64,000 nt of DNA from an uncultured delta proteobacterium (GCA_963727445.1 CAVSGI010000017.1:128001-192000); one strand, 5' to 3'. Counted from the stretch's first letter, positions 36,734 through 46,729 are shown. The notes: generated by a model not told the origin, from the sequence alone. Program-made: numbers and translations.

Positions 36734-39049
36734 TCATTCGAAGGGAAGTGTGAAGCCGATGCCGGGGCGAAGTACCCAGAGATCGGGCTCGTCAGGGCGG
36801 ACCGCCGGCTGCACCTCCAGAATTAAGAGGATCCGCAAGACCTGAAAGAAGGACAGCGCGAGGTAGCCCTGCACCAGAGGGCGGGAGCACGGCACTGTCT
36901 CCTCTCCGGCCACGCCGCAGTTTCCCGCGAGCCATCCGTCGCCGGTCGAGAAGACGAAGCCGCCTCGCGCGCCGACGCGCGGCTGGATGATCCCGCCGCT
37001 CAGCGGAAGGATCTCCGCCTCGAGACCGACCAGGGGAGCGAGGCCGAACCAGCTCGGGTCGGAGGACACGAGGGTGGTGAGCCCCCGAAGCTCGAGCGCA
37101 ACTGTGAGGCGAAGCCACTCCCACGCGGTGCCGGGCCGGGTGCCGCTCCAGCCGATGTCGAGCCCGATGCCGGCCGTGACCTGAAAGAGGTTGGTGGGCG
37201 CGCGGTACTCGAGGGTGTTCACCGCGACCTCCGACGCGAGCTCGATGGGAAGGCTGAGCTCGTTCTGCGCGCGCGACAGGCTCCGGCTCATCTCGGCGAG
37301 GAGCAGCCGCACCTCCTCCGCGCCCTCCTCGGAGCGACTGGGGTCGAGGCCCAGGTCGCGAAAAGCGAACCCGTGCGCGCCGAGGCGTCGGAGCAGCCAG
37401 GCGTAGTCCGCCTCGTCCTCACGGCTCCGCCAGCCCCCGCGGGGGCGAACGAAGGGCACCCGAGGGACCGCGCGGCCCGCGCGCGCGTCGACGCACGCCG
37501 GGCTCGGCCGCTCGCTTCGCAGACAGTCGTCCCAGAGGCGCTCGAGAGAGACGCGCAACAGGATCCGAAAGTCGCGAAGGTCCTCGCCGGCGCAGCTGTT
37601 CCGACTGCCGAACCCATCGAAGACGTAGCGCAGGCAGTCGAAGGGTCGCCAGCCGAGGCGGGCCGCGTGCGGCCGGGTTCGCTCGTCCGGCAGGTCCCAC
37701 CTTCGTGATGCGCCGGGCCCAGCGGGCAGGCGCTCGATCAACGTGCGGCGCGCGTCGTACATGCCGAGGTGGAAGTCGAAGCGCCGGAGCTCGCGATCGA
37801 AGAAGCCCATGAACGCGCCGAGGCTCGCGCTCGCGAGCGGATGGTTCACGCGGTTGGTGAAGAGCATCTTGCGCGCTTCGGGCACCGACTCGAGGAGCGC
37901 ATGGAGCTCGGCGGTGCGCGCCGTGCGGATGAAGTCCCCCGCCATGGTCAGGACGTAGGGCACGAGATCGGGATCGGTGCTGTCGCCCTCGTCGTCGTCC
38001 TCGTCGTCCGGGAGCGGAAACGCGTAGAGCTCCGGATCGACGAAGAGAAAGGTCGTGTCCTGTGGCAGGAGGCGGCTGTCGTCGGGCCGCGGCAGGATCG
38101 CCGGCGGGCCCTCGGAGGTGACGCCCATCTGGACCGCGTCCACCGCGAGCCTCAGCGGTTGGTTCGAGTAGAAGCCGCCGTCGAGGAAGAGGTCGGTCTC
38201 GGCACGGTCGGGCGTGCATGGCCCCTCGCTACCCAGGCAATGCGCGATCGGCTGCGGCTCGAAGGCGATCGGAAAGCAGCTCGAAGCGAGGATCGCCTGG
38301 AGGATCGCGTCGAAGGGCCGCGCGTCGGGGCCATCGAGGGGCAAGAGCGGCCGCTGCGTCCGGCGATGGGGCGAGACATAATTGTCGACGCGCGGTGGCC
38401 GCCCAGGGCCGCGACCGCGGATGCGCACGAGGAAGCGCTCCGCCATACGCGGCAGGCTCAGGACGCCGCCCCCCACCTCCACCTCGCGGGGGCGCATGCG
38501 GGTGGCGGTGATGCCGAGGAGCAGATCGCAGTCCTCGCGAAGCCCCGCGTTCCACGCGCGGCGCAGCTGCTCCACGGGACCGAAGCCGCGCCGCGTGAAG
38601 ATCGCGTTCGGCTTCACCTGGTCGGGGTCGAAGAGCTCTTCGATGCCGATCGCCGACCAGGTCCGGAAGAAATGAGAGCTCTCCGGATCGCGCGGGGCCT
38701 CGGTGCACAGGCTCAGCACCGACAGAAACGCGTTGATGCTTCCCGCCGAGGTGCCCGCGAAGACCACCGGATGCACGCGCTCCGGCGACGCGCGCATCGC
38801 CTCGACGCTGTAGTACATCGCGCCGGCCTCGTAGGCGCCCATGGACGCGCCGCCGCTGATGGTGGTGGCCACGGGAACGGGTCGGGCGACGGGGTCGGGC
38901 TCGGTGGGCAGGGCGTCAGCCGGCGGCGCCAGCCAATCGGTCTCCCCACGATCCCGCGGCACCGCCGAGTCGAGCCGCGGCACGTCCTGCGCCGCCGCCG
39001 GAGCGGCGAGCGAGAAGACGATCGAGAGCGAGAGGACGAGGCGCCGCAT
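36734..39049 (-). CDS. Secreted patatin-like phospholipase
   Basis: Signal peptide (..AAAQ), SGGASMGAY, GTSAG nucleophile motif, DGG; beta-rich C-terminus. Confidence 0.85.
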   Translation of the reverse strand: MRRLVLSLSIVFSLAAPAAAQDVPRLDSAVPRDRGETDWLAPPADALPTEPDPVARPVPVATTISGGASMGAYEAGAMYYSVEAMRASPERVHPVVFAGTSAGSINAFLSVLSLCTEAPRDPESSHFFRTWSAIGIEELFDPDQVKPNAIFTRRGFGPVEQLRRAWNAGLREDCDLLLGITATRMRPREVEVGGGVLSLPRMAERFLVRIRGRGPGRPPRVDNYVSPHRRTQRPLLPLDGPDARPFDAILQAILASSCFPIAFEPQPIAHCLGSEGPCTPDRAETDLFLDGGFYSNQPLRLAVDAVQMGVTSEGPPAILPRPDDSRLLPQDTTFLFVDPELYAFPLPDDEDDDEGDSTDPDLVPYVLTMAGDFIRTARTAELHALLESVPEARKMLFTNRVNHPLASASLGAFMGFFDRELRRFDFHLGMYDARRTLIERLPAGPGASRRWDLPDERTRPHAARLGWRPFDCLRYVFDGFGSRNSCAGEDLRDFRILLRVSLERLWDDCLRSERPSPACVDARAGRAVPRVPFVRPRGGWRSREDEADYAWLLRRLGAHGFAFRDLGLDPSRSEEGAEEVRLLLAEMSRSLSRAQNELSLPIELASEVAVNTLEYRAPTNLFQVTAGIGLDIGWSGTRPGTAWEWLRLTVALELRGLTTLVSSDPSWFGLAPLVGLEAEILPLSGGIIQPRVGARGGFVFSTGDGWLAGNCGVAGEETVPCSRPLVQGYLALSFFQVLRILLILEVQPAVRPDEPDLWVLRPGIGFTLPFE

Positions 39050-39100
39050 CGGGGCGCCGAGAATACGGCGCGCCCTCGAAATGAAAAGCCTCGCGCCTGC

Positions 39101-40259
39101 TCAGGTGGGCGTTTCGATCTCGCCGTTCGGGCGTCGCGCGAAGCGATCCTGCAGGCGCGGATGCACCGGATCGTCGCGGGTCCAGGGCCAGCCCCCGAAC
39201 TGGGTGCGCTGATAGTCGGCGTAGGCCTGACGGATCTCGGCCTCGGTGTTCATCACGAAGGGGCCGTGCCGCGCGATGGGCTCGCCGATCGGCTTGCCCT
39301 GCAGCATCAAGATCTCGTTCACGTCCGGTCCCGCGTCGAGGACCACGTCGCTGTCCGGCCGGAGCGCCACGTGGTGGTAGTCGGGGATCCGCCGACCGGC
39401 GACGCGCAGTCCGGTGCCACGGTGGAAGTAGAGCGAGCGATTCGTACCGCGCGGCGCCGCCGGCAACGTGAAGCGCGCACCCGGCTCGAGGGCCAGCGTC
39501 CAGATGGCGACGTGATGATCCCGTTCGGCCGCCCACGAGCGGGGCGCGGGATCGGCGGCCACGGTTTCGTCGTAGGTCCCGGCGATGATGGTGAGCTTGG
39601 TTCGGCGCCCCGCTTCGTCGCGCACCTCGCGGGTGGGGATCGTCGGCTTCCAGAGCATCGAGAAGTACGGCTCGACCATCTTGTTGGCGGACGGAAGGTT
39701 CAGCCATATCTGGAAGAGCTCGAGGGGGTTGTCGCTGCGCTGCTCGAGGAGCGGGAACATCTCGGCGTGCATGATCCCCGCGCCCGCCGTGAGCCACTGC
39801 ACGTCGCCCTCGCCGTAGCGCGCGGTGGCGCCGAGCGAGTCGGAGTGATCGAGCAGCCCAGTGCGCACCACGGTCACCGTCTCGAAGCCGCGATGCGGGT
39901 GGCGGGGGAAGCCGGGGATGACGTCCCCGTGGTACATGTTCCAGCCGGCCGCGTTGCCGAAGTCACTCCCGATGTTGTGACCGGCGAGGGACGCCGCGGG
40001 ACCGAGCTGGGCGTTACCGTGGGGGTAGGCGTCGTCGTGATGCGCACAGAAGAGGAAGGGATCGGAGGTCTGCCAGAATCCGATCGAGGGGCTCGATGCG
40101 CGCGACCGCCTCGGCACCGGTGGAGTCGGGCGGCAGGGCCTCGGCGGAGGCGGGGGTTTCGTGCCGGCGCGGCGACTCGGCGCGGGTGCAACCGACGAGG
40201 GTCGCCGCCCCGGAGGCGGCGAGGAGCTCGAGCGCGCGGCGACGGGAGAGCGGCTCCAT
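39101..40259 (-). CDS. Pirin family protein with Tat/lipoprotein signal, +1 frameshift at ~40080
   Basis: DPFLFCAHH, GFPRHPHRGFETVT, HSDSLG, QWLTAG.GIMHAE, QIWLNLP, GPFVMN; N-terminus MEPLSRRRALELLAASGAATLVGC lies in another frame. Confidence 0.85.
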
Positions 40260-40316
40260 GGCTGTGATCATGGACCTACGCGTCGGGATTGCAAGGGCGT
40301 CGATGGGCCCGCCGAG

Positions 40317-41114
40317 ATGAACGGAGTACCATCACACTCGGTGCGCGCGGCCATCCTCGCCTTCGCCTGGGCCCTCGGCGGCTGCGGGCTCCTCCTCGAT
40401 TCGGACCCACGTTCGCAGGCGAGCGACGGCGGCGTTCGCATCGACTCGGGCCGCACGGACGCCGGGCCGATGGACGCCGGACCGATGGATGCCGGGCCGA
40501 TGGACGCCGAAATCGTCGACGGAAGCCCCATCGACGCGACGGACGACCGGCGGCCGACCGACGCCGGGATGGACGGGGTGCGCGCCGACACCGGTGTCAT
40601 GTTTCCGAGCGGCAGCCTGGTCCTCTTCGTCACCTCCGACCAAACCGATGGCGCGATGGGTGGGCTCCCCGGCGCCGACGACTTCTGCCGGAATGCGGCG
40701 CGAACCGCGGGACTCGGTCTCGACGCGCTGGTCGCCCTCCTCTCCGATTCCGGGACGGATGCCCGGGCGCGCATCGCCATCGACGCCCCCGTGGTCAACA
40801 CCCGCGGCGAGCTCCTGGCGAACGACCTCGAAGACCTCTTCGACGGCACCATCCTGACCCCGGTTCGCTACTCCGAGACGGGGGCCAGCAACTACGCGGT
40901 GACCTACACCGGAACCAACACCAACGGAGCGCGCGACATGCATTCCGGCCAGATGTTCTGCGGGGACTGGACGGACACCACCGCGGGAAACGCGCAGATC
41001 GGACGGTCCGGAGAGATCGACGGTCAGTGGATCGCGGCCTACAGCGAGTCGGACGTGCTGGCCAACCCCTGCCGCAACCCACTCTCTCTCTACTGCATCG
41101 GCGTGGTCCCCTGA
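40317..41114 (+). CDS. DUF1554/endostatin-like domain lipoprotein
   Basis: Lipobox LGGC, DAGPM repeats, FVTS...G.MGG..GADDFC, TYTGT, CGDWT, LYCI. Confidence 0.72.
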   Translation: MNGVPSHSVRAAILAFAWALGGCGLLLDSDPRSQASDGGVRIDSGRTDAGPMDAGPMDAGPMDAEIVDGSPIDATDDRRPTDAGMDGVRADTGVMFPSGSLVLFVTSDQTDGAMGGLPGADDFCRNAARTAGLGLDALVALLSDSGTDARARIAIDAPVVNTRGELLANDLEDLFDGTILTPVRYSETGASNYAVTYTGTNTNGARDMHSGQMFCGDWTDTTAGNAQIGRSGEIDGQWIAAYSESDVLANPCRNPLSLYCIGVVP

Positions 41115-41163
41115 GCTGCAGAAAACTTGGCGCCCTACCCCTCCGCGTGATCTCACTTTGGTC

Positions 41164-41844
41164 ATGCGGATTACCCACGTCTCGTCGCTCGCGCTCGTCG
41201 CTGCGCTCTCTTTGACGCTCCTGCCTCGCTCGGCCGCGGCCGACCAGGGAGAAGGCGCCCTGCGCGTCGGAGCCGACGTCTACCTCCTGGATCTCTCGGT
41301 CTTCCCCAACGTGGCGGGTGATCCGAACGTTCGAGGCGGCGTGCTGCCGGCGCAGCTCGCGGTCGGCGTCGGCTATCAGCTGAACGACAGCATCGTGATC
41401 GGCGCGCGGACCACCTTCGGCTACGCGGGCGTCAACGTCGGCGGCCCGGGCGTGTACCGCTACGGCGTCATCTCGCTCCTGCCCTTCTTCGAGTACATGT
41501 TCATCGAAGGCGACATTCGACCCTTCGTCGGCGCCCACGCCGGCCCGACCTTCTACTTTCCCGACATGGCCGACACCCAGGTGACCGGCATGTTCGGCGG
41601 CGAGTTCGGCGTCCACCTCTTCGCCGACGACGCCTTCAGCTTCAGCCCCGCCCTCTGGGCGAGCTTCCTCTACGACGGCTCCATCCGCCGCGGCGGCTTC
41701 TCCATGGGCATCCTCGTCAGCCTGGAAGGCTGGCTCTTCGGCGAGGGCAGCAGTCGCCGCTCGAGCGGCCGGCCCGCGTCCTCTGGTGGTGGACGCACGC
41801 GCGAGGCGGCTGATCCCACCGATCCGGCGAGCTACGAGCAGTAG
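41164..41844 (+). CDS. Outer-membrane beta-barrel protein
   Basis: Signal peptide (AAAD); alternating amphipathic strands (VGVGYQL, FFEYMF, RPFVG, GVHLF). Confidence 0.7.
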   Translation: MRITHVSSLALVAALSLTLLPRSAAADQGEGALRVGADVYLLDLSVFPNVAGDPNVRGGVLPAQLAVGVGYQLNDSIVIGARTTFGYAGVNVGGPGVYRYGVISLLPFFEYMFIEGDIRPFVGAHAGPTFYFPDMADTQVTGMFGGEFGVHLFADDAFSFSPALWASFLYDGSIRRGGFSMGILVSLEGWLFGEGSSRRSSGRPASSGGGRTREAADPTDPASYEQ

Positions 41845-41909
41845 GGTGAGGACGCCTCCATCCCTGGAGCGAGCCGCGCACGCTGCGCGAGTCGGGTCCC
41901 AATCCCTAT
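41841..41909 (+). other. Structured intergenic element (multi-hairpin, REP-like)
   Basis: Outer GTAGGG/CCCTAT and GGAC/GTCC stems enclose CTCCA-tccc-TGGAG and CGCGCA-cgc-TGCGCG hairpins. Confidence 0.45.
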
Positions 41910-42399
41910 CGCACGTTTCAGGTCGGCGCCGCGGACCTCCTCGGTCGGCGCCGCCGCATCGAGGGCGCCCACATCGCGGCCGACGCCGAGCTCGACATCG
42001 TCGCCCGCGTCCCGGTGGCGCGCGCTGCCGGCCATGACGCGGGGGGCGAAGACGAGCGCCCGCCGGCCGTCGTCCGCCACCGCTTCGAGCGACGGCGTCA
42101 CGACGCCCCGCGACGCCTCATCACGCTGCGCGACCGCCGACGCGGGCGGCCCCCAGGCTCCGACGCACCTGCCGACTGAAAGCGCGCCGGCCGAGGGCGC
42201 TCGTCGTTCGGAAAACACGCCGGGCGGCGCATTCGTGCGTTCGGGGGCGGAGACCGACGCGAAATTCGGGCTTCGGGAGCGGCGCAGCGCGCCGTGAGAC
42301 GTGCCGCATGGCACTACAGCGGCGTCCGGAGCGCCGAGACGGGTCGGTCTCCGTGGATCGGCCAGCTTCATTCGCGGCGTACATCGGTCGGTTCCCCTC

Positions 42400-42645
42400 G
42401 GTAACGTCCAATCGCGTGGTGTAAGAGCAGGCACGAGTGATCAAGCCTGAGACCTATTAACGTCTCGGCCATCGCGTCATCTTCGAGTTGCGAACCAACG
42501 AGGAGGACGACGATGACCGAGACGAAGAAGACGATGGATGCAGTGGCGCTGATGCGCAAGCACCTCGAAGCAGCGGACGGCGACCAGCTCCGGTCGATGG
42601 TGCAGTTCATGGCCGAGGCGCTGATGGAGATGGAGGCCGAGGGGG
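42400..42645 (+). mobile_element. IS256-family element, left end and first ~44 codons only
   Basis: End GGTAACGTCCAATCGCGTGGTGTAAG resembles IS1081-type IRs as recalled; SD GAGGAGG; ATG 42513 MTETKKTMDAVALMRKHLEAADGDQLRSMVQFMAEALMEMEAEG resembles IS256 transposase N-termini. Confidence 0.75.
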
Positions 42646-42811
42646 TTGGCTTCCGTGGAGGCCTGGAAACCGGAGCTCACCATATGACTTCGCCATAAGA
42701 GTTGAAGGCCAATCCGATATCCTGGTTGACATCACCACTAGACGAGAACTGTGGAAACATTTGGATCCTCGCCGAAACCTCGATGTCGTTATCACCAATC
42801 ACCGACCATGA
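42645..42811 (+). pseudogene. Orphan C-terminal fragment, probable polymorphic-toxin tip
   Basis: ..PYDFAIRVEGQSDILVDITTRRELWKHLDPRRNLDVVITNHRP*; lower GC; its TGA overlaps the ATG of the next gene (ATGA). Confidence 0.45.
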
Positions 42812-43509
42812 CGCACGTACTTGAATCCACCCGGTACATGGGAGAACGGCTGCCGGCAGGGAGCCGAGCGGCTGGCATCAGGATCCTGAGGTGCGAGTTC
42901 GAGAACTGCGTGGTGGGAACGATGCGCGGGGGAGCGCCATGCGAAATCGTGGATGCACAGATCGAGAACTCAACCGGCAAGTCGGTGTACCTGTACGACA
43001 CGACGTTTCGGCGATGTCGCGTCTCTGGGTACCAAAGCAAGGGGCCGCCCACGCTGCTAGAGGGATGCTTCTTTGAGGACGTCGTGGTCGAGGATGTTCA
43101 TGGTCGAATCCTCGTTCAGCCACGAGGCTTTCCAAATGCTTCTGGCGAGGCCGAGCGCGCGTTTTACGTGGGGCTTGATACTTTTGCGCTAGACATCCGC
43201 CGCTCGACGGGGGCGTTGGAAGTTAGTGCGATCCCGCCGGAGGTGGTGTGGTGTGACCCATCTCGGCAAGGGTTCGTTCGAGTGAAGGAAGCCCTAAGCC
43301 ACCAACAGGCTAAAGAGGGCCCGTTTCGAAATGAGTTGCTGAGTTCGGCGGACTTTGGGGAAGAGCACCTTTTCGTGTCGCTTCCTGCGCGAGGCAAGAA
43401 GAACGAGGAACGGAGGCGTCACCTTCGGAGGCTTTCCGAACTCGGTCTACTCGGCGTGACCTACGATGAGGGATCCCTCCGACGTAGGCAAAAGTCTGTG
43501 AAGCCGTGA
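42808..43509 (+). CDS. Hypothetical protein, probable immunity protein (solenoid-like N-terminus)
   Basis: Lower GC than flanks; CEFENC/TTFRRC/CFFEDV repeats, FY...FALDI...IPP...DP..Q; translationally coupled to the fragment upstream. Confidence 0.55.
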   Translation: MTHVLESTRYMGERLPAGSRAAGIRILRCEFENCVVGTMRGGAPCEIVDAQIENSTGKSVYLYDTTFRRCRVSGYQSKGPPTLLEGCFFEDVVVEDVHGRILVQPRGFPNASGEAERAFYVGLDTFALDIRRSTGALEVSAIPPEVVWCDPSRQGFVRVKEALSHQQAKEGPFRNELLSSADFGEEHLFVSLPARGKKNEERRRHLRRLSELGLLGVTYDEGSLRRRQKSVKP

Positions 43510-43626
43510 TGCGTCGCAGCGTGACGTTCGCCGGCGGTTCGCCGGCGGCCGTCAGCCGACGCGCCCCGTTCTTCCCGTGTTTTCCAGGGAAAGGCCTCGG
43601 CACGGCATGTGATTCACCCGCCGCCG

Positions 43627-44130
43627 ATGGCGCGGACACGCATCATCGTCCCGGGCGGCACGGTCGCGCTGACGCGGCGCACGACGTGCCGCAAGGCGTT
43701 CCTCGCGCCCTATCACGCGCTCGTCAATCAGATCTGGCTCGACGCGCTGGCCGACGCCTCGCGCGCCACGGGCGCCTGCATCCACGTCGCGACGCCGGTC
43801 ATGAACCACCACCACGTCGACGTCACCTGTCCGCTCCCCAACCTGCCTGAATTCGCGCGCCGCTTTCACCACGACACCAGCTGCGCCATCAACACCTTGC
43901 TCGCCGAGCTGCGCTACGACGCGCCGGGTGAGCTCTTCGACGACCGCGAGCCCCACTACACCCGCCTGGTCGATGCTGAGGCGCAGGCCAGCCGATTCAC
44001 ATACGACGCCATCAACTGCGTCAGCGCGGGCCTCGTTGCCCGCCCCGACGACATGCCGGGCCTGCGCATCAGCCCGGCTCAGTGGAAGAACGGCGTCATC
44101 GTCGTCGACCGGCCGCCGCTTTTCTTCGGC
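43627..44130 (+). pseudogene. REP-associated tyrosine transposase (RAYT/Y1 HUH)-like, 3'-truncated
   Basis: MARTR.IVPG...LTRR, MNHHH (HUH), Y...NCVSAGLV..PDDMPG (NPV.AGLV-like); the reading frame runs into IS3-like DNA after DRPPLFFG. Confidence 0.72.
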
Positions 44131-44230
44131 ATTTGCTCGTCGGTGAACCTGCTTCTCTTCGGCATGCCTCGGTCCTTTCCGAGGCTCGAAACTTACACAA
44201 AAACTGGCTCGAATTTTCGGGGGCAGATCA
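44130..44230 (-). mobile_element. IS3-family (IS407-like) left end with first ~12 codons of orfA
   Basis: Starts TGATCTGCCCCCGAAAATTCGAGCCAGTTTT (5'-TG end); ATG 44165 MPKRSRFTDEQ resembles the M-K-x-S-R-F-T-(E/D)-E-Q orfA start. Confidence 0.75.
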
Positions 44231-44595
44231 CAGTGCGTTATTCAGGGAGCAATCGTACTCAGGGTCGCAGGCGTCAAACCCACAGCCATAGACGTGCAAT
44301 GACATGTTCAGGACGTCGACCCCGTCTGCGGTCGCCTGCTCAACCGCTGCGAGCACCCAGCCATAGTCGTAGTAGTAGATCTCGGCCTCTCGCAGCATTC
44401 CTGAGCGCCGCCTGCGTTCATAGGGATCCGTGATGCTTGCATCCTGTCCTTGCTCGATCGACCCCGCGGCGATCCACGCTACCGCGGTGCCGTGGCCGGT
44501 AGTATCGGCAGCAGGGCTTGTGATGGAGCACGTTCCTCCGTCGCAGTTGTAGTAGGCCTTTATCCGGCTGGATGCTCCTGCGTAGTCGAGCCATT
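44228..44595 (-). pseudogene. Internal fragment of an S8 (subtilisin-like) peptidase
   Basis: Manual translation WLDYAGASSRIKAYYNC...GHGTAVAWIAAG...AVEQATADGVDVLNMS...NNAL*; the stop is created by the IS3 end; not in the ORF track. Confidence 0.75.
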
Positions 44596-44853
44596 CATCG
44601 CGGCGCCATCAGGGGCGGTCACCGCAGCGCCGCTCACGGCGTCATAGGCGTCGATGGTCGGCTGGTCGCCGTAGCTCCTCGCGCGAAGGACGACGACCCC
44701 TTCGAGTGGGATGGTGATGGGCGCTGCCAGAATGCGAACCTGCACCCCGGTTGGAGGCGCGCTACACGCACGGGCGGTCGCGGGAGACAGGTTCGCCCCC
44801 ACCACACAGACACACACGGCCAGAATCAAGACCCGCAGGCAAGTCACGGACAC
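44560..44853 (-). pseudogene. 5' fragment of a secreted protein
   Basis: Signal peptide ending ARA-CS; the frame ends soon after running into the S8 fragment. Confidence 0.45.
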
Positions 44854-44967
44854 TGAGCGAAGCAGAAAACGGGCCGAGCTAGAAAGCCCGCCTTCTTCAC
44901 CCGAGCGGCTGGCGCCTGAGTCACTTCGTGCCAGCCCTGTCCCCCCTCACGGGTGAGAGCGGGACAA

Positions 44968-45840
44968 TTACGGCAGCTGCTCGACCATGTCCTCGTACGT
45001 CTCCGGCCGGCGGTCGCGGTAGAACTGCCAGGTGCGGCGGACCTCTTCGATGAGGTCGAGGTCCATCTCGGCGACGACGAGCTCGTCGTCGGTGCGCGAG
45101 CCCTTGGCGAGGAAGTTGCCGCGGGGGTCGACGAAGTAGCTGGTGCCGTAGAAGTGGCCGATGTCCCAGGGCGCTTCGGTGCCGACGCGGTTGGAGGCGG
45201 CGACGAAGTAGCCGTTGGCGACGGCGTGAGCGGGCTGCTCGAGCTGCCACAGGTACTCGGAGAGACCCGCGACGGTGGCCGAGGGGTTGAAGACGATCTC
45301 CGCGCCGTGCAGGCCGAGCAGGCGCGCGCCCTCCGGGAAGTGGCGGTCGTAGCAGATGTAGACCCCGACCTTCGCGTAGCGGGTCTGGAAGACGGGGTAG
45401 CCGAGGTTGCCCGGCTTGAAGAAGAACTTCTCCCAGAAGCCGTTGGTCTGCGGGATGTGATTCTTGCGGTACTTGCCCAGATAGGTCCCGTCGGCGTCGA
45501 CCACGGCGGCGGTGTTGTAATAGACGCCCGGCATCGCGCGCTCGTAGACCGGGATGACCATCGCCATCTGGTACTTCTTGCAGTACTCGGAGAGCCTCTC
45601 GACCGTCGGGCCGGGGACCTCTTCGGCGATGTCACACCACTTGGCGTCCTGGCTGGGGCAGAAGTAGGGGCCGTTGAACATCTCCTGCAGGCCCAGGATC
45701 TGCACGCCCTTCTTGCCCGCTTCCTCGATGTAAGGGAGGTGCTTTTCGAACATCGCGTCCCGGATCTGCGGAACGGTCGCGCCCGGATCGTTGAGCGCGT
45801 TCGAAAGCTGGATCAGTCCACCGACGACTTTGCGGGCCAT
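44968..45840 (-). CDS. Nitrilase-family beta-ureidopropionase (N-carbamoyl-beta-alanine amidohydrolase)
   Basis: E-K-C triad in LQEMFNGPYFC, YRKNHIP and ICYDRHFPE; GGAGG SD; ATG 45840. Confidence 0.9.
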   Translation of the reverse strand: MARKVVGGLIQLSNALNDPGATVPQIRDAMFEKHLPYIEEAGKKGVQILGLQEMFNGPYFCPSQDAKWCDIAEEVPGPTVERLSEYCKKYQMAMVIPVYERAMPGVYYNTAAVVDADGTYLGKYRKNHIPQTNGFWEKFFFKPGNLGYPVFQTRYAKVGVYICYDRHFPEGARLLGLHGAEIVFNPSATVAGLSEYLWQLEQPAHAVANGYFVAASNRVGTEAPWDIGHFYGTSYFVDPRGNFLAKGSRTDDELVVAEMDLDLIEEVRRTWQFYRDRRPETYEDMVEQLP

Positions 45841-45868
45841 GTCTCGTTCCTCCCTGGAAAAGTGGGGG

Positions 45869-45897
45869 ACTTTGACCCGAGAACGGACGCGCGTCCA
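45869..45897 (-). promoter_or_regulatory. Shared pyrimidine-catabolism promoter/operator, copy B
   Basis: TGGACG-CGCGTCCGTTCTCGGGT-CAAAGT. Confidence 0.75.
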
Positions 45898-45929
45898 ATC
45901 CCGCCCCACAGAGCCTGCATTCGCCGCCG

Positions 45930-46673
45930 CTATTCCGGGCGGAAGCGCTGCTCGGGACCCGGCGGCGCGTAGACCTGCAGCACGCGGAGCGGCTCCGTGC
46001 CGTGCTCGTAGCCGTGGTTCGTGTCGGCCGGAACGTAGACGACACTCCCCGCCTCGAGGGGCGTGCGCTCCTCGCCGAGGATCATCCGTCCATCGCCCGA
46101 GAGCACGTAGAGCGACTCGACCGAGGTGGCGTGAACGTGCTCGGGCACGCTCAGGTCGGCGTCGCCGTCGAGGAGGCTGAAAGCGCCGAAGCGCGCGCCC
46201 GCGGCAGCGTCGAAGAAGATCTGAACGCGGAGCTTGCCGCCCGCGTTGGGCAGAACCGCGGCCTCTTCGAGGGAGGAGGATTGCGCGATGGGCTCTTGTC
46301 CGGCAGCGTCCGGCGCCTCGGCGCGCGCCGCGATGACCCGAGTGCCGGCGCGGGCGGGCAAGGTGTGGCTGCCGCGCAAGTGAACGACGGATCCCTCACC
46401 GTACCGCTCGAGGCCGCCGGACTCGACGTAGAGGAACACCTCCTGGTTGGGCTCGGTCTCGACCACCAGCTCGTCGCCCTCCCCCAGGTCGAGGGCCTGC
46501 CACTTCACGAGCGTGCCGCCTTCGCTGGGTTCGAGAGTCACGGGACTCCGCGCGACGCTCCGTTCCGTTCCCGTGCTCGCGGGCGGGGTCGACTGCGTCG
46601 TGGCGGCGGGCTCCCCACCACCACAGGCACCAAGCGTCACCACGAGCAAAGCGAGCGAGCTTACCCTTTGCAT
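45930..46673 (-). CDS. Cupin-domain lipoprotein
   Basis: Lipobox LGAC; VPEHVH...E.LYVLSG.G, G..VYVPA..NHG. Confidence 0.8.
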   Translation of the reverse strand: MQRVSSLALLVVTLGACGGGEPAATTQSTPPASTGTERSVARSPVTLEPSEGGTLVKWQALDLGEGDELVVETEPNQEVFLYVESGGLERYGEGSVVHLRGSHTLPARAGTRVIAARAEAPDAAGQEPIAQSSSLEEAAVLPNAGGKLRVQIFFDAAAGARFGAFSLLDGDADLSVPEHVHATSVESLYVLSGDGRMILGEERTPLEAGSVVYVPADTNHGYEHGTEPLRVLQVYAPPGPEQRFRPE

Positions 46674-46729
46674 GCGCGGGAGCATGACGGACACGCCGGC
46701 CGGCGACAACCACGTCGCCATCTGCGCGC

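Noticed and set aside
41910..42399. Coding sequence or tRNA/attachment site at the island edge
   Set aside because: No recognisable protein motif, tRNA cloverleaf with T-loop, or flanking direct repeat found by eye
43609..44433. Intact 274-aa transposase
   Set aside because: After ~44130 the frame reads through antisense IS3 and subtilase DNA, so it is a chimera
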